From Octopus sinensis (lineage: Eukaryota): 64,000 bases of DNA. This document shows, in pieces, positions 1 to 11,478 of the stretch. The position numbers and the translations under genes are program-made. The notes under the pieces were generated by a model. That model did no database searches. It was given only the letters and a program-made list of their open reading frames with translations, and was not told the DNA's origin. Within the stretch, counting starts at the first letter, position 1, and each line of letters starts with the position of its first letter. Location: assembly GCF_006345805.1 (NCBI RefSeq), contig NC_043005.1, positions 61,938,001 through 62,002,000 on the forward strand, given 5' to 3'.

Positions 1-130
1 ACTTTTTAACAGACATTTGCTGTCGATACCTAAAAAAAAACAAAAAAACAAATTGAGAAGTCAATTTTATAATCACTGATTTTTGACACAGGCACAAGAC
101 AAAAAAGAAAAAAAATTGGGAGGAGGGTAG

Positions 131-435
131 ACTGTGTAATTAAATTTCGTGATCATTCCTCTAAGAATGTTAATTATCCACCAAAAGAAATAGAGCTGAT
201 ATTTTCTGCTACTGCAATACTTTTTCAGTGTTTCCTGTAGGTATGGTCTGAATCACCACCACTAAAAGTATTTGATTCTTGCTCTGTAAAGAGATATTTG
301 ATGAAATATGTGAAAAAAATTAAGAAAATCTGAAAAATTGTATTCTGCCAGAAGTGTACTTGAGAATGTCCTCAAAACTGTAGGGTAAAACTGCTTTCCA
401 CAGTTAACAGTAATAATATTTTTGAGTGGATATAA
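131..435 (+). repeat. Dispersed repeat, degraded copy, related to 12462-12750
   Basis: Shares ACTG(T/C)GTAATTAAATTTC, CCACCACTAAAAGTATTTG, GAAAATCTG(A/G)AAAATTGT and GGGTAAAAC blocks, in the same order, with 12462-12750. Confidence 0.7.
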
Positions 436-437
436 AA

Positions 438-645
438 TGGCAAGCTGGCAGAATTATTAGAATGCCAGAAAAAATGCTTAGCACCACTTTGTCCTTCTTC
501 ATGTTCTGAGTTCAAATTCCACCAAGGTTGACTTTGTCTGTCATCCTTCCAGGGTTGATAAAATGAGTACCAGTTGAGCACTGGGGTCAAGGTACTCGAC
601 TTAACCCCAACCAACGAAATTGCTGTTAAAATTTGAAACCAATAT
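438..645 (+). mobile_element. tRNA-headed SINE, family A (GGCGAGCTGGCAGAATCGTTAG head), CpG-decayed copy
   Basis: Head, then B-box-like TGAGTTCAAATTC, then central GACTTTG..TCATCCTT..GGGTTGATAAAATGAGTACCAG block; many copies in the window. Confidence 0.85.
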
Positions 646-1011
646 TTAGAATGGATATATCCACTTTCCTCGTTCAAAGAACTCATTAAATCATCACCAC
701 CCACCCACACCCGTACACACTCAGTATTTGATTGGTATTTTATTTTATGAATCTCAAGTAGTTTAAATTCCAATGAAAGAGTCTTGTTTCTGGGCTGGAA
801 GTCAGATTGTTTTCCAATGTTGAAAAAAAGTTGAATGTGTAGAGTTCAAAGCAAGAACACAAGCATTTAGAATATTCCACACCAAATAAAATAACCACAA
901 GAAGTGAAAAATGAATTCCAAAATATTAATCTCAGAATATTTGAATTCAATTTACATAGGGCATTTCTTATAAAATTAAGACATTGACATGCTATTGTTT
1001 TATCAGTTGCA

Positions 1012-1200
1012 GGGGAGCGAGCTGGCAGAATCGTTAGCAAGCCAGGCGAAATGCTTAGCAGTGTTTCGCCTGCCGCTATGTTCTGAGTTCAAATTCTACC
1101 AAGGTCAACTTTGCCTTTCATCCTTTTGGGGTTGATGTAATTGACTAGCCCACTTCCCCCAAAAATTTTCAAGGCCTTGTGCCTAGAGTAGAAATAATTA
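1012..1200 (+). mobile_element. SINE family A
   Basis: GAGCTGGCAGAATCGTTAGCA...GTTCTGAGTTCAAATTC...CTTTGCCTTTCATCCTTTTGGGG, with tail GGCCTTGTGCCTAGAGTAGAAA. Confidence 0.9.
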
Positions 1201-1426
1201 TTTTATCAGTTGCTATTTGAGAACTGTTGTGAAGTTTTTTGCTTTTTTTATAAAGTCGACATCAGCAAGATTTGAACTCAGAATGTACAGCAACCTAACT
1301 AAATATCACAAAGCATTTTGTTCATGTTTACAAGAAAACCAATGATTGCAACAATGCTATCCATGCAGTTAGCATCACTCTACCAATACCTTTCAAATTA
1401 TAAACTCATTCACAATAAACATTTTT

Positions 1427-1745
1427 CATCATCATCATCATCATTTAATGTGTCTTCCATGGCATAGGTTGGATGGTTTGAGAGGAGCCAGCCAGGTAGA
1501 AGACTACACCAGGCTACTGTTTTTGCATGATTTTTACGGCTGGATACCCTTCCTAACACCAACCACTCCATAGAGTGGACTCAGTGCTTTTTATGTGGTA
1601 CCAGCATAAACGAGGCCAGTTTTGGTATGGTTTTTACAGTTGGATGCCCTTCCAAATGCCAACTATCTTACAGTGTGGACTGGATGCTTTTTATGTGGCA
1701 CCAGCACCGGTAGGGTCACCAAGTAATTTGCAAGACAAGGAATTT
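1427..1745 (-). mobile_element. RTE-type LINE 3' end fragment
   Basis: (CAT)n tail followed by the reverse complement of the 3' UTR seen at 5990-6135 (CCATGGCATAGGTTGGATGGTTTGA; GGATGCCCTTCC; TGCTTTTTATGTGGCACCAGC). Confidence 0.8.
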
Positions 1746-3337
1746 TGAGAGGGGATGGGGCATTAAAGGAGGTGATCTATACCTGTCTTGTTACTTAATT
1801 TCAATTTGTAAATCATTATGTACTGAGATATATTAATAAACCAAAATGTAGGTAAATTGAAGGAGATTGTTGAAGACTTATTCGAGGCCTGCAAAACCAC
1901 AAACCACCTTTGTCAGTGAACAGTAGCATCTGTTACATTTTCACCTACATGTTAGGCATATTTATTCGGTGAAGTGGGTTGATGACAGTACATGCACTTG
2001 ATGTCATTTCAAATAAGAGTGTTTCTCTCACATGGCTTACTGCTGCAAAATTTGAAAACTTTGAATGAAGCTATAAGATGTATATTTTTGAAAATTTTAA
2101 ATTAACTCTGCAATACCCTGTACATAGAAAATCATATCAAGAGAACAGCTTTTACTAGTGTTGCTATGCAGTGTTACTTCAATCTAAGTCACCCCCAGAA
2201 AGCTCACACAATTCTATTATTTACAAAAATTATTTTAGTCTTAAAGCAAAATTTTGATAACTTACTATCGATATTCTTTAATGTAGTTTTATTATACCCA
2301 GTTTCAAATTGTAAATGTTTTCTTTTTATATTTTCTTTTGTATTCAATATTTCAGATATTATTTCATCAATGTTTTCTCTTTCCAATCTTACACTTACAT
2401 ACCAGATATCATCTTTTAAAGTCTTTCTTTGAACACAGATCAATTGATATCAGTTTTCTTGAAGCACTCATGGAGTACAGCTACCTCATACGCATAGTTA
2501 TTGTTTTATAATTTATCCATCATCTTGTATAAGAGATCGACCATCAGAAGAAACAGTAAATAAACGGAAATGTTCAAATTGAAATTTTTCAAAACTGCAG
2601 AGAAGACATAATTGTGTTGCAGAAAAGTATTTCAGAGAAAGTTGTTAAGGGTTGCAGAAAGATAACAGATCAACTTCAGATAACGTCAAAACATAAATGT
2701 GCCAACAGCTAAACCTAGCAAGTGACCAGAAATACTGGAAACTCATCAAAATAGAAAATTTGTCACTTGTGAAACCATCCAAAATTATCAATGAAAGAAA
2801 TCAAAGAAAGCTAGAATTTTAGATTTTAAGGCAAGTGCTGGAGATTCTTCATATTATGATCATAAACTAAATAAACTCAAATACAAATGGAAATCTGAAC
2901 AGAATACAATAGTAATACGAACAATATCAAAGTTTCTTAAACAAACAATCATACTTCAAATATGAAGTATATTTAATGTTTTTTTTTTGTTTATCCATGT
3001 TAGCAAGGGTTTCAGAAATATATTATTGTGGCATCATTTTAGAGCTGGTTGAATGTTTAGTCTACATCATCTGGTTACTCCAGCCTTGTGGCAATGGGCC
3101 ACACTCTATACTACATTGACTTGTATGCCAGCAAATACAGTATGCAGGGTTTCTTTTATGACTGCCTATACAAGCTAGTTGATGATGTACTGTTTAAACA
3201 TTGATAATATTGCTTGATCCAGTAATACTATACTGGATCAAATAATAAATTATCATTAAATAAGATTAAAACGTCTACAGGTATCTGATTTGATTTCACA
3301 CATATTTATGTGCTTACAAAACTGAGTAATGACTATG

Positions 3338-3552
3338 TACAATGGAGTGCTGAAAAGTTCCTGGCTTTAAGGGTATCATGAAAAAGGTCTGGTTGGAGGA
3401 CCAACCTTCCCAGCTCTTTTACAAAGCTTAGAGAAACTGAAGGACCAGTGCAATGAGTGTGTGAATCTGAGATGATGTATAAAATCATAATTAACTGATC
3501 CTTCTGTATTTTCTTTCACCCAAAACCAGGAATTTTTCAGCACACCCTCATA
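3338..3552. mobile_element. Mariner-like MITE, ~215 bp
   Basis: Imperfect TIRs TACAATGGAGTGCTGAAAAGTTCCTGG / CCAGGAATTTTTCAGCACACCCTCATA with TA at both ends. Confidence 0.75.
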
Positions 3553-3730
3553 AGTTATTTATTGTTTAATTTACAAATATATACTCTCTATAATATACAG
3601 AAAGGTCTTTTCTTGTGATATGTTTCAGGTTCTGCGTCACTCTGCAGTATTTTTGGCATGTGCCATCTATAACAATAGCCTAGGTTAACTTGAGAGTGAA
3701 TTCGGTAGAAAGGATCTTTAGGAAGCTTGT

Positions 3731-3734
<4 letters not shown>

Positions 3735-3772
<38 letters not shown>
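3735..3772. repeat. (GT)n microsatellite
   Basis: Pure TG run. Confidence 0.95.
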
Positions 3773-3776
<4 letters not shown>

Positions 3777-3961
3777 GAATGTGAATGTTAATATTGCACA
3801 GCAGCCAATAGGCTGAGCAAAACATCAATGATGTAATATAAACAAGCAGCATTGTCAACAGGAAGAACATCAGACTAAAAAGTCATGCCTCAAATATTCC
3901 AATTCAAACTACAATAACATTGAAAAACAGATGTTGAACAAATAAATATAATATATATATA

Positions 3962-4655
3962 CAGGGTGCAGTGAATATATTGTTCTCTAAATTATACAAA
4001 AATGAAAATAATACTGACATCTCAGATATATTTACCAAAATTATATAAAAATATCTTGAAATACTACAGAATAAATTTATTCAATAAAATCCCCATTGGC
4101 TTCAACCATGGCCTCCAGACGACTTTGGAATTTCCTGCAACTCTTCTGGACGGTCTCCTTGTTTACGCTGGTGAATACTACCATAATCCTTGCCTTCGCT
4201 TCATCTTTGGTGTTACAAGGAGTTTTGTTAATCTCTCACTCAACTGAGCTCCACACATAATAATCAAGGGGGTTGCAGTTTGGGGAGTAAGTGGCCATAA
4301 CTGGGTTCTCCTGATTGTGTGGCATGGTGCAGAGTCCTGCTGCCAGACATAGGGTCTTCCAGTAGCCACCCTCTTGACCCAGGGCAGCACTACCTCCTCC
4401 AGGCACTTAATGTAGGATTCCGTATTGAGTTTGAGACCATATGCGAAGATGAATGTATGCATAATGTCACCATCACTAGTGATCACTCCAAACACCATGA
4501 TGCTGACTGGATGTTTGGTTTTTATCACTCTCGGTACATGTTTTGGGAACATGACAAGCCAACAGTTGTTCTGGTTTTCACCATCTGTTCATATTGGAAC
4601 TTCCGGCACGAATGCCAGGCAGTACACTATGTCTTTCAAATTTCTGGCAGAGTGA
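3962..4655 (-). mobile_element. Tc1-type transposon fragment with degraded DDE transposase, truncated at the RTE LINE
   Basis: Minus-strand ORF 4178-4552 reads TKHPVSIMVFGVITSDG...YVWQQDSAPCH, a Tc1 catalytic core; candidate terminus TA|CAGGGTG at 3960. Confidence 0.85.
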
Positions 4656-4659
4656 ATTG

Positions 4660-6135
4660 CGTCCTCATCTACCTCTTATTCATTATAATCCTCCAGGCAA
4701 TAACAGAGGAATTCAAGACAGGCTGCTCCTGGGAGTTCCTCTATGCTGATGACCTTGCTCTAATAGCTGAATCACAGGCAGAACTAGAGGAGAAGTTTCA
4801 GGTGTGGAAACAAGGATTAGAATCGAAGGTCCTTAGAGTTAACCTAGCAAAAACCAAAGTCTTAGAAAATAGGAAGTTAGACAAATCACAACCCTCTTTA
4901 GGTAGATGGCCCTGCTCAATCTGTAGAAAATGCGTGGGTAGAAACTCCATACGATGTATCCGTTGTAAGCTATGGACACAAAAGGTGCAGCAATATCAAA
5001 GGAAGGTTAACCGGGAAGATAGTGAATGGCAGATGCACTGGGACAATAAATACTGAAGATGTACAGAAAGAGATTCCATCACATGCCAGGGAAGAAACTA
5101 GAAGTAGTTAATAGCTTCTGCTACCAGGGTGACCAAGTCTGTAGTTGGGTAGCTGCTCTGAGAGTGTAGCAACTAGAGTGAGAATAGCCTGGGCAAAGTT
5201 CAGGGAGCTCCTACCTCTGCTGGCAACTAAGGGCCTTTTGCTCAGGGTGAAAGGTAGACTGTATGATGCATGTGTGCAAGCGACCATGCTACACGGAAGT
5301 GAAACATAGGCCATGAATGCTGAGGACATGTGTAGACTTGAAAGAAAGGAAGCTAGTATGATCTGCTGGATGTGTAATGTCAGTGTGCATACATGACAGA
5401 GTCTAAGTGCCCTGACAGAAAAGTTGGGCATAAGAAGCATCAAATGTGGTGTGCAAGAGAGGTGTCAGTGTTGGTATGGTCATGTGTTACATATTAATGA
5501 AGGCAGCTGTGTGAGGAAGTGGTACTCCCTAACTGTAGAAGGAACATGTGGAAGAGGTAGACCCAGGAAGACATGAGATGAGGTGGTGAAGCATGACCAT
5601 CGAACATTGGGCCTCAGAGATGCAATGATGGAAGACCAGGACCTTTGGAGATTTGCTGTGATTAGGAAGACCTGGTAACTAAAGTGAGATCGCTGCCACA
5701 CATGTCCGGCCCTGTTAAGAATACCCCTGATGCATCGGGCGATATGATATGCTTCAGAAGACCTGTTGAGTTAAGTAAAACCAATATCGTATCTGTGGTC
5801 AGTGACCCCTGACTGGCTCTCATGCTGGTGGCACACAAAAAGCACTGGGCGATCATGGCTGATGCCAGTACCCCCTGGTTGGCTCTTGTGCTGGTGGCAT
5901 GTAAAAAGCACCATCCAAACGTGATCAATGCCAGGCTCGCCTGCTTGGCTCCTATGCTAGTGGCACGTAAAAAGCACTCACTACACTCTCAGAGTGGCTG
6001 GCATTAGGAAGGGCATCCATCTGTAGAAACATAGCCAGATCAGACTGGAGCCTGGTGCAGCTGCTGGCTCTCCAGACTTCACTCAAACCGTCCAACCTAT
6101 GCCAGCATGGAAAACAGATGTTAAATGATGATGAG
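4660..6135 (+). mobile_element. 5'-truncated RTE-clade non-LTR retrotransposon (RT C-terminal half, 3' UTR, tail)
   Basis: LLFIIILQAITEEFKTGCSWEFLYADDLALIAES (YADD motif), then KGRLYDACVQATMLHGSETW-like and RGRPRKTW-like motifs with frameshifts and stops. The 3' UTR has repeated GCTGGTGGCA..TAAAAAGCAC units and an ATGATGATG tail. Confidence 0.93.
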
Positions 6136-6774
6136 AACATTACATGAGAAAGAAAGAGAGAGAGTTAGACACATGCACACACACACACTAAATGTACATG
6201 TTTTTAGACAGATATAAATATGCTGATATAGACAAATACATAAACAGACGAGATGGGGTAGCAGAAATAATAGCTTGAAGGACTAAATGATTGATACAGA
6301 GATCAAAAGATGGTTGGTTAAAATGAATACCAGTTATGTACACGGGTTAATTCAACTGACTACTTGGCATTATAACTTGATAGAATACCTAAACACGATA
6401 TTTTTGAATGTAGAAAAATGAACATTTAAATACATCAAAACATCTACCATTTTTCTTTAATCTATTAATTTCATGATTATTACATAGAAAATTGAACTTG
6501 AAATAAATTGTTTTCTTTCTTCATTTTTGCTGTGATGGTTGAAAATATGAAGAAAAACAATGTAAGTGAGAGATGTCATGCCATTTAGACCAACTTCTCA
6601 CAATTGATGTCAGTTAAATCTTCTCCTGACATGACTTGGTTTTTAACATGCTATTGCTAGTAATTTCAATTCAAAGACACAAAATAGCTTACAACAATAC
6701 CATTATCTCTCTCTCTTTCAAAACAAAATGAAATATATATACGCGTATGTGCGTGTGTGTATATATATATACAC

Positions 6775-7140
6775 ATATATATAAAGCTGAAGTTGTCTGT
6801 GTATGGCAGGTTTGGTAGCCTTCAACTAACACTATCTCCTCCGAGACCCTGCGGTGCAAGTTGACCAAAATTGAGAGTATGATAGAAGAAGGCTTGCTCT
6901 TCCTTCTGTAGAAGAAAAAATTCAAATCAGACCATGTTAAGACCAAAAATTATTTATATCAAAAAGGTACTTTTTTCCTAAGAAAATCCCTACTTTTTAC
7001 AGTTTTTTGACTGTATTTCAACCAGAAAAATGTTCACTTAAAGAAAATAACAAGCTACATAATGCAAAATTTTTACTTTTCAAAAATTCCAATTCTAAAG
7101 GGTCGAAACAAACCCGAGCAACGCCGGACGATACTGCTAG
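6775..7140 (+). mobile_element. Non-autonomous Helitron
   Basis: TATATATAAAG..GTTGTCTG 5' region; 3' hairpin CCCGAGCAACGCCGG, then CTAG|T at 7137-7141; 3' end matches the inverted copy at 16903-17185. Confidence 0.8.
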
Positions 7141-7244
7141 TATATATATATATATAAAATCATCATCTTTTAATGTCTATTGTCCATGCTGGCATGGGTT
7201 GGACAGTTTGACGAAGGCTGGCAAGCTGGAAAAATATATATATA

Positions 7245-7530
7245 TTAGACTGGTGAGGTTGTGTGGTAAGAAGCCTGCTTCCCAACCACAAGTTCCAGGT
7301 ACAGTCCCAAATTGTGATGCCCAGGGCAAAATTTTTTCTACAATAATCCTAGACCAACCAAAGCCTTGTGAGTAGGTTTCATAGAAAGAAGCCCATTGTA
7401 TGCATGAATGTGTGTGTGCTTGTGCACATGCATTTGTTTGTCCCCTCACCATCACTACCATTTGACAACTGGTGTTTGTTTGTTTGTGTCCCCATAACTA
7501 GCAGTTCAGCAAAAGGGACCAACAGAATAA
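7245..7530 (+). mobile_element. SINE family B (GGCGCAGGAGTGGCTGTGTGGTAAG head), degraded
   Basis: GTGTGGTAAGAAGCCTGCTTCCCAACCAC..GTTCCAGG..AGTCCCA head; CCAAAGCCTTGTGAG body; GTTCAGCAAAAG.GACCAACAGAATAA. Confidence 0.75.
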
Positions 7531-7541
7531 TTCTTTATTTT

Positions 7542-7940
7542 CATTCTTTTATTTGTTTCAGTCATTTGACAATGGCCATGCTGGAGCACCGCCTTTAGTC
7601 GAACAAACTGACCCCAGGACTTATTCTTTGTAAGCCTAGTACTTATTCTATTGGTCTCTCATGTCGAACCGCAAAGTGACGGGGACATAAACACACCAGC
7701 ATCGATTGTCAAGCGATGTTGGGGGGGACAAACACAGACACACAAACATATACATACATATATACATACACATATATATGACGGGATTCTTTCAGTTTCC
7801 ATCTACCAAATCCACTCAAGGCTTTGGTCAGCCTGAGACTATAGTAGAAGGCACTTGAACAAGGTGCCACACAGTGGGACTGAACCTGGAACCATGTGGT
7901 TGGTAAGCAAGCTACTTACCACACAGCCACTCCTGTGCCT
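7542..7940 (-). mobile_element. SINE family B, near full length
   Basis: Reverse complement of 48584-48990; directly adjacent and inverted relative to 7245-7530. Confidence 0.92.
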
Positions 7941-8699
7941 ATATTTACCACAACTAAACCCTTCAAGGTGATATCCAGCATGGTCACAGTCCAATGACTG
8001 AAACAAATGAAAGATGAAATTGTAAAAAATTTCATTAATAAAAAAATCAAATTTTCTGAAAGTTATGAAGAAACAAAGTCAGTGGTGGGGCACACTCATG
8101 TAAGTATGCCCTGGATTCGTATATCTCACCACCCCTAGATTCTAGGCTCTACCTCCTCCTTTCCAAAAATTAAAAAGAAAAAAACTTTAAGGAATTTTGT
8201 TAAATTTTTACCCATCAACTACAACAATCTTTGCTCCTCTGAATAAGGAAGCTGTACACCACCCTGCATTCAAGTCCATAAAATGCAGTACCCTCTCTTT
8301 CTTTAATTATCTGCAATGTGTGTCACCACCCAAATTGTTGTTAAGCACTTTTTTAATCTTCACTCATCAGAAATGTTATACTACACCCATTAACTACACA
8401 CATTTTCTTTCCAGACTCCAACTGACATGTGTTCAAGTTGAACATCCATCTTACCAATCTTAGAGGGTCTTGCAAAGGTTTCTTTTATTCAAAATAAACA
8501 ACAGTACAAAGGTTGCTATTCTTTCATTTTATGATCCCGAAATAAAAGTGGAAAATTATTGCAGCCAATCATGATTAAGAAAGTAGAAATTTTTAAAAAT
8601 TTATATTTAGAATTATAATCTGCATACTTTTAAACATGAAATTACCCTCCACTTAACAAAAAAATTTGAAAAGATTAAAAGCAAACAAAAATAGAGGTA

Positions 8700-8830
8700 G
8701 GATCTTTCCGGTTCTGTTTAAATTTTCAGCACTGACGTAGTTTTGCTTGCTAATAGTGATAATCGCATTAATTTTTGACAAATTGATTATGAAATAGCTA
8801 AGCCTTCATTATCGACACACCGGAAGTCAC
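8700..8830 (-). promoter_or_regulatory. Candidate housekeeping-type promoter / TSS region of a leftward gene
   Basis: TTCCGG (8706), TGACGT (~8733) and CCGGAAGT (~8820; ETS-like) cluster at the CpG-poor to CpG-rich boundary. Possible minus-strand donors at ~8645 (GAGG|GTAATT) and ~8456 (ATTG|GTAAGA). Inference only. Confidence 0.3.
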
Positions 8831-9066
8831 AATTTCAATATGTTGATAAAATGAAAACGCTACGAAACTTTGAAAGCTTTTATTTTATATATTTATTTTT
8901 TGATAAAGGGAATTTAATGAAAGAAATTAAAGGTGTTTCGAAACCCCTTTATAGATGAAACAATTTAATGCTATATAACTTTAAATATGAACGGAAAAAA
9001 TTCAATTGGAAGTTCCAAATTAAAAAAAGAAAACCAAGTCAATGACAACGAAATTATGCAATGCAT

Positions 9067-9665
9067 TCAAATAGTTTTTGCAAGTGGTCTCTGATGTTGA
9101 AACCAAAGAAATCTGAAGGAATTTTGGTAAATTTTAATACTTTCACCAGCACGATTTTTACTAAGCGAAAAACAAAAAAACAAAAAAACGGATTTTTTGT
9201 GTGGGATCAAGTACCCTGATCTCCTAATATGCGGCAAACCCCTTATTTTTGTTCGGAAAAAGGAGGAGTGGGGACGAACCTGACCTCTCCCTATCCCAGA
9301 ACCATTGGAATTTTTTTCCATTGAATGAATTAGGGTGACTTCCTAATATTCTACAAAACCCTTTTTTGGGTCCGGAAAATGGGGTTGGGTGGAAAGCCTC
9401 GGAAATTTCAATCCCCACTCCCATTGGGAAGTACACCAGCACAATTTTCACTAAGGAAAAAAATAAAAGAAATTCGGATTTTTTGTGTGGAATCAAGTAC
9501 CCTGACTTCGTAATATTATGAAAACCCCTTATTTTTGTTCAGAAAAAAAAAAGGTGGGTAGAAAACAACTCCCAGCCCCATCCCAGAATCATTGGAAATT
9601 TTTTTTAGTGAAAATCGTGTGGGTGAAAGTATCAAATAATACCAAAATTTTGTTGGGGGGGAGGG
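9067..9665. repeat. Degenerate modular repeat (subterminal-repeat-type DNA element relic)
   Basis: Two direct copies of GGATTTTTTGTGTGG(G/A)ATCAAGTACCCTGA...CTTATTTTTGTTC...CCCAGAA(C/T)CATTGGAA, plus CACCAGCAC(G/A)ATTTT duplicates. Confidence 0.55.
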
Positions 9666-10035
9666 GAAAGAGAAGAGGAACGGAGTCTCTTCGATACATC
9701 AGCGTGGTGTCAGTATTTCCACTTCAATTTTCTTATTATAAAGCAAAAGAATACCCAAAGTTTTATACCACAAATGTACAATTTAGAACAAGCTATTATT
9801 TTGGCAGCCTATTTATGTAATACTTTAAACAAACTCAATCATAGAACAACATCAAAAGTATAATCTATTATACATTTAACGTTATTGGCAGAGTTTTGAA
9901 ATAACCATCCTTACAAAATAGGGAAGTAAAAGAAAGCACAGAAATGGATAGGGGGATATATGGAAAAAGAAATCTTTCAGGAGCGTAATTCCTGCTGTAT
10001 GGAACAGAATACTTGAAAATAGAGCAGGAGAGAAA

Positions 10036-10073
<38 letters not shown>

Positions 10074-10319
10074 CACCATTTCTTTCTTATAAAGAATGGA
10101 TATTCGAGATATAGCTTTTCCAAAACTCCATCATATTATTTGTAAGACATTTGACAAACTATGGAACAAAATTGAAATCTAAGACATACTTAATGTGTAA
10201 CCGATTGAAACCCAGCATCTAAGTAGGAATCAGGTATAAATGAAGATGCACTCATGTCAAGTATATTTGGAAATATAATTAATTGCTGCAATTATACTTT
10301 CTAATTTTGGGAAGTGGGT

Positions 10320-10614
10320 AGTGGATTAAATTGATCCCAGTTTTATCGATTCCGTAAAGATGAAAGGCAAAGTCTACCGCTGCGTGATTTGAACTCAAAG
10401 GATGAAAGGCAAAGTCGACCTCGGCGGAATTTGAACTCAGAACGTAACGACAGACGAAATAACGCTATGCATTTCGCCCGGCGTGCTAACGTTTCTGCGT
10501 ACTAGGGTCGATCTAATCGACTGACTCCCTCCCCCAAAATTTCGGGCCTTCTGCCTAGAGCAGAAAAGAATATTTGACACTGCTGTTTGAATTTAATTTT
10601 CGCGACCCATAGTT
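10320..10614. repeat. Chimeric SINE A (-)/SINE tail (+)/hAT scrap; near-identical to 11116-11478
   Basis: About 190 bp identical to 11116-11305 except 3 substitutions that I could see. Confidence 0.85.
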
Positions 10615-10639
10615 CTTTACGAACTAGTTGAAAGACTGC

Positions 10640-10745
10640 TGCGACTGGAATCCAGGTAAAAAAAAAGTCACAGGAGAAAAAAAAAAGTCACAGGGAAAAA
10701 AAAAAAAAAAGACACGGAATAAAAGTCACAGGAAAACAGTCACAT
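10640..10745 (+). repeat. Short tandem array (A)nGTCACAGG
   Basis: About 5 degenerate copies of AAAAGTCACAGG. Confidence 0.7.
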
Positions 10746-11002
10746 GTAATGCTATCATATATAAAGGCTTAGCGGTATTTCGTTTGTCTTTACGTTCTGA
10801 GTTCATATTACATTTCGATCATCTCATATCATTCGTTTCTTTCTTTTTTTAAAAAAAATTTTTTATGTGTTTTGTGTCCCACGTGTTGTAAGTCCCTTTT
10901 CTATGTAGCCCTTTATGGGTAATAAATAAAGATTTACGTTCTGAGTTCAAATTCCACCGAGGCCGACTTTGCCTTTCATCCTTTTGGGGTTCATAAATTA
11001 AG

Positions 11003-11218
11003 TACCTATTTCTTTACTACCCACAAACACAGAGAGGACAAACAAGGACAGACAAACGGATTAAGTCGATTATATCGACCCCAGTGCGCAACTGGTACTT
11101 ATTTAATCGACCCCGAAAGGATGAAAGGCAAAGTCGACCTCGGCGGAATTTGAACTCAGAACGTAACGACAGACGAAATAACGCTATGCATTTCGCCCGC
11201 CGTGCTAACGTTTCTGCG
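11003..11218 (-). mobile_element. SINE family A, CpG-intact copy
   Basis: Reverse complement of 61273-61507, including the TTTGTCTGTCCTTGTTTGTCC...GTGGGTAGTAAAGAAATAGGT tail. Confidence 0.9.
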
Positions 11219-11302
11219 TACTAGGGTCGATCTAATCGACTGACTCCATCCCCCAAAATTTCGGGCCTTCTGCCTAGAGTAGAAAAGAATATTTGACACT
11301 GC

Positions 11303-11478
11303 TGGACATCTGTGTTTTTCAGCGTTGAACGATATTTGGTTTTAATAAGGGTTAAAGCTGAAAAAGTCGTTTCACATAGACATGCGGTGCTAAATGACAA
11401 AAGAACACGTAATGCCATTTCAGAAATAACATAAACTGAAATCCAAGCGTTTGAATTTAATTTTCGCGACCCATAGTT
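11303..11478 (-). mobile_element. hAT (Buster/Charlie-type) transposase C-terminal dimerisation-domain fragment
   Basis: ALRVLLSFSTACLCETTFSALTLIKTKYRSTL matches the hATC motif (LLPFSTTYLCExxFSxLxxIKTKYRxxL). Confidence 0.85.

Noticed and set aside
372-773. 133-aa minus-strand ORF, plus other SINE-overlapping ORFs (42168, 48567, 57715, 57812)
   Set aside because: They are read-throughs of SINE sequence with no protein-family motifs.
2204-2443. 79-aa minus-strand ORF (RLERENIDEIISEILNTK...)
   Set aside because: AT-rich with no recognisable motif, stops just upstream, and overlapped by a similar-length ORF on the other strand.
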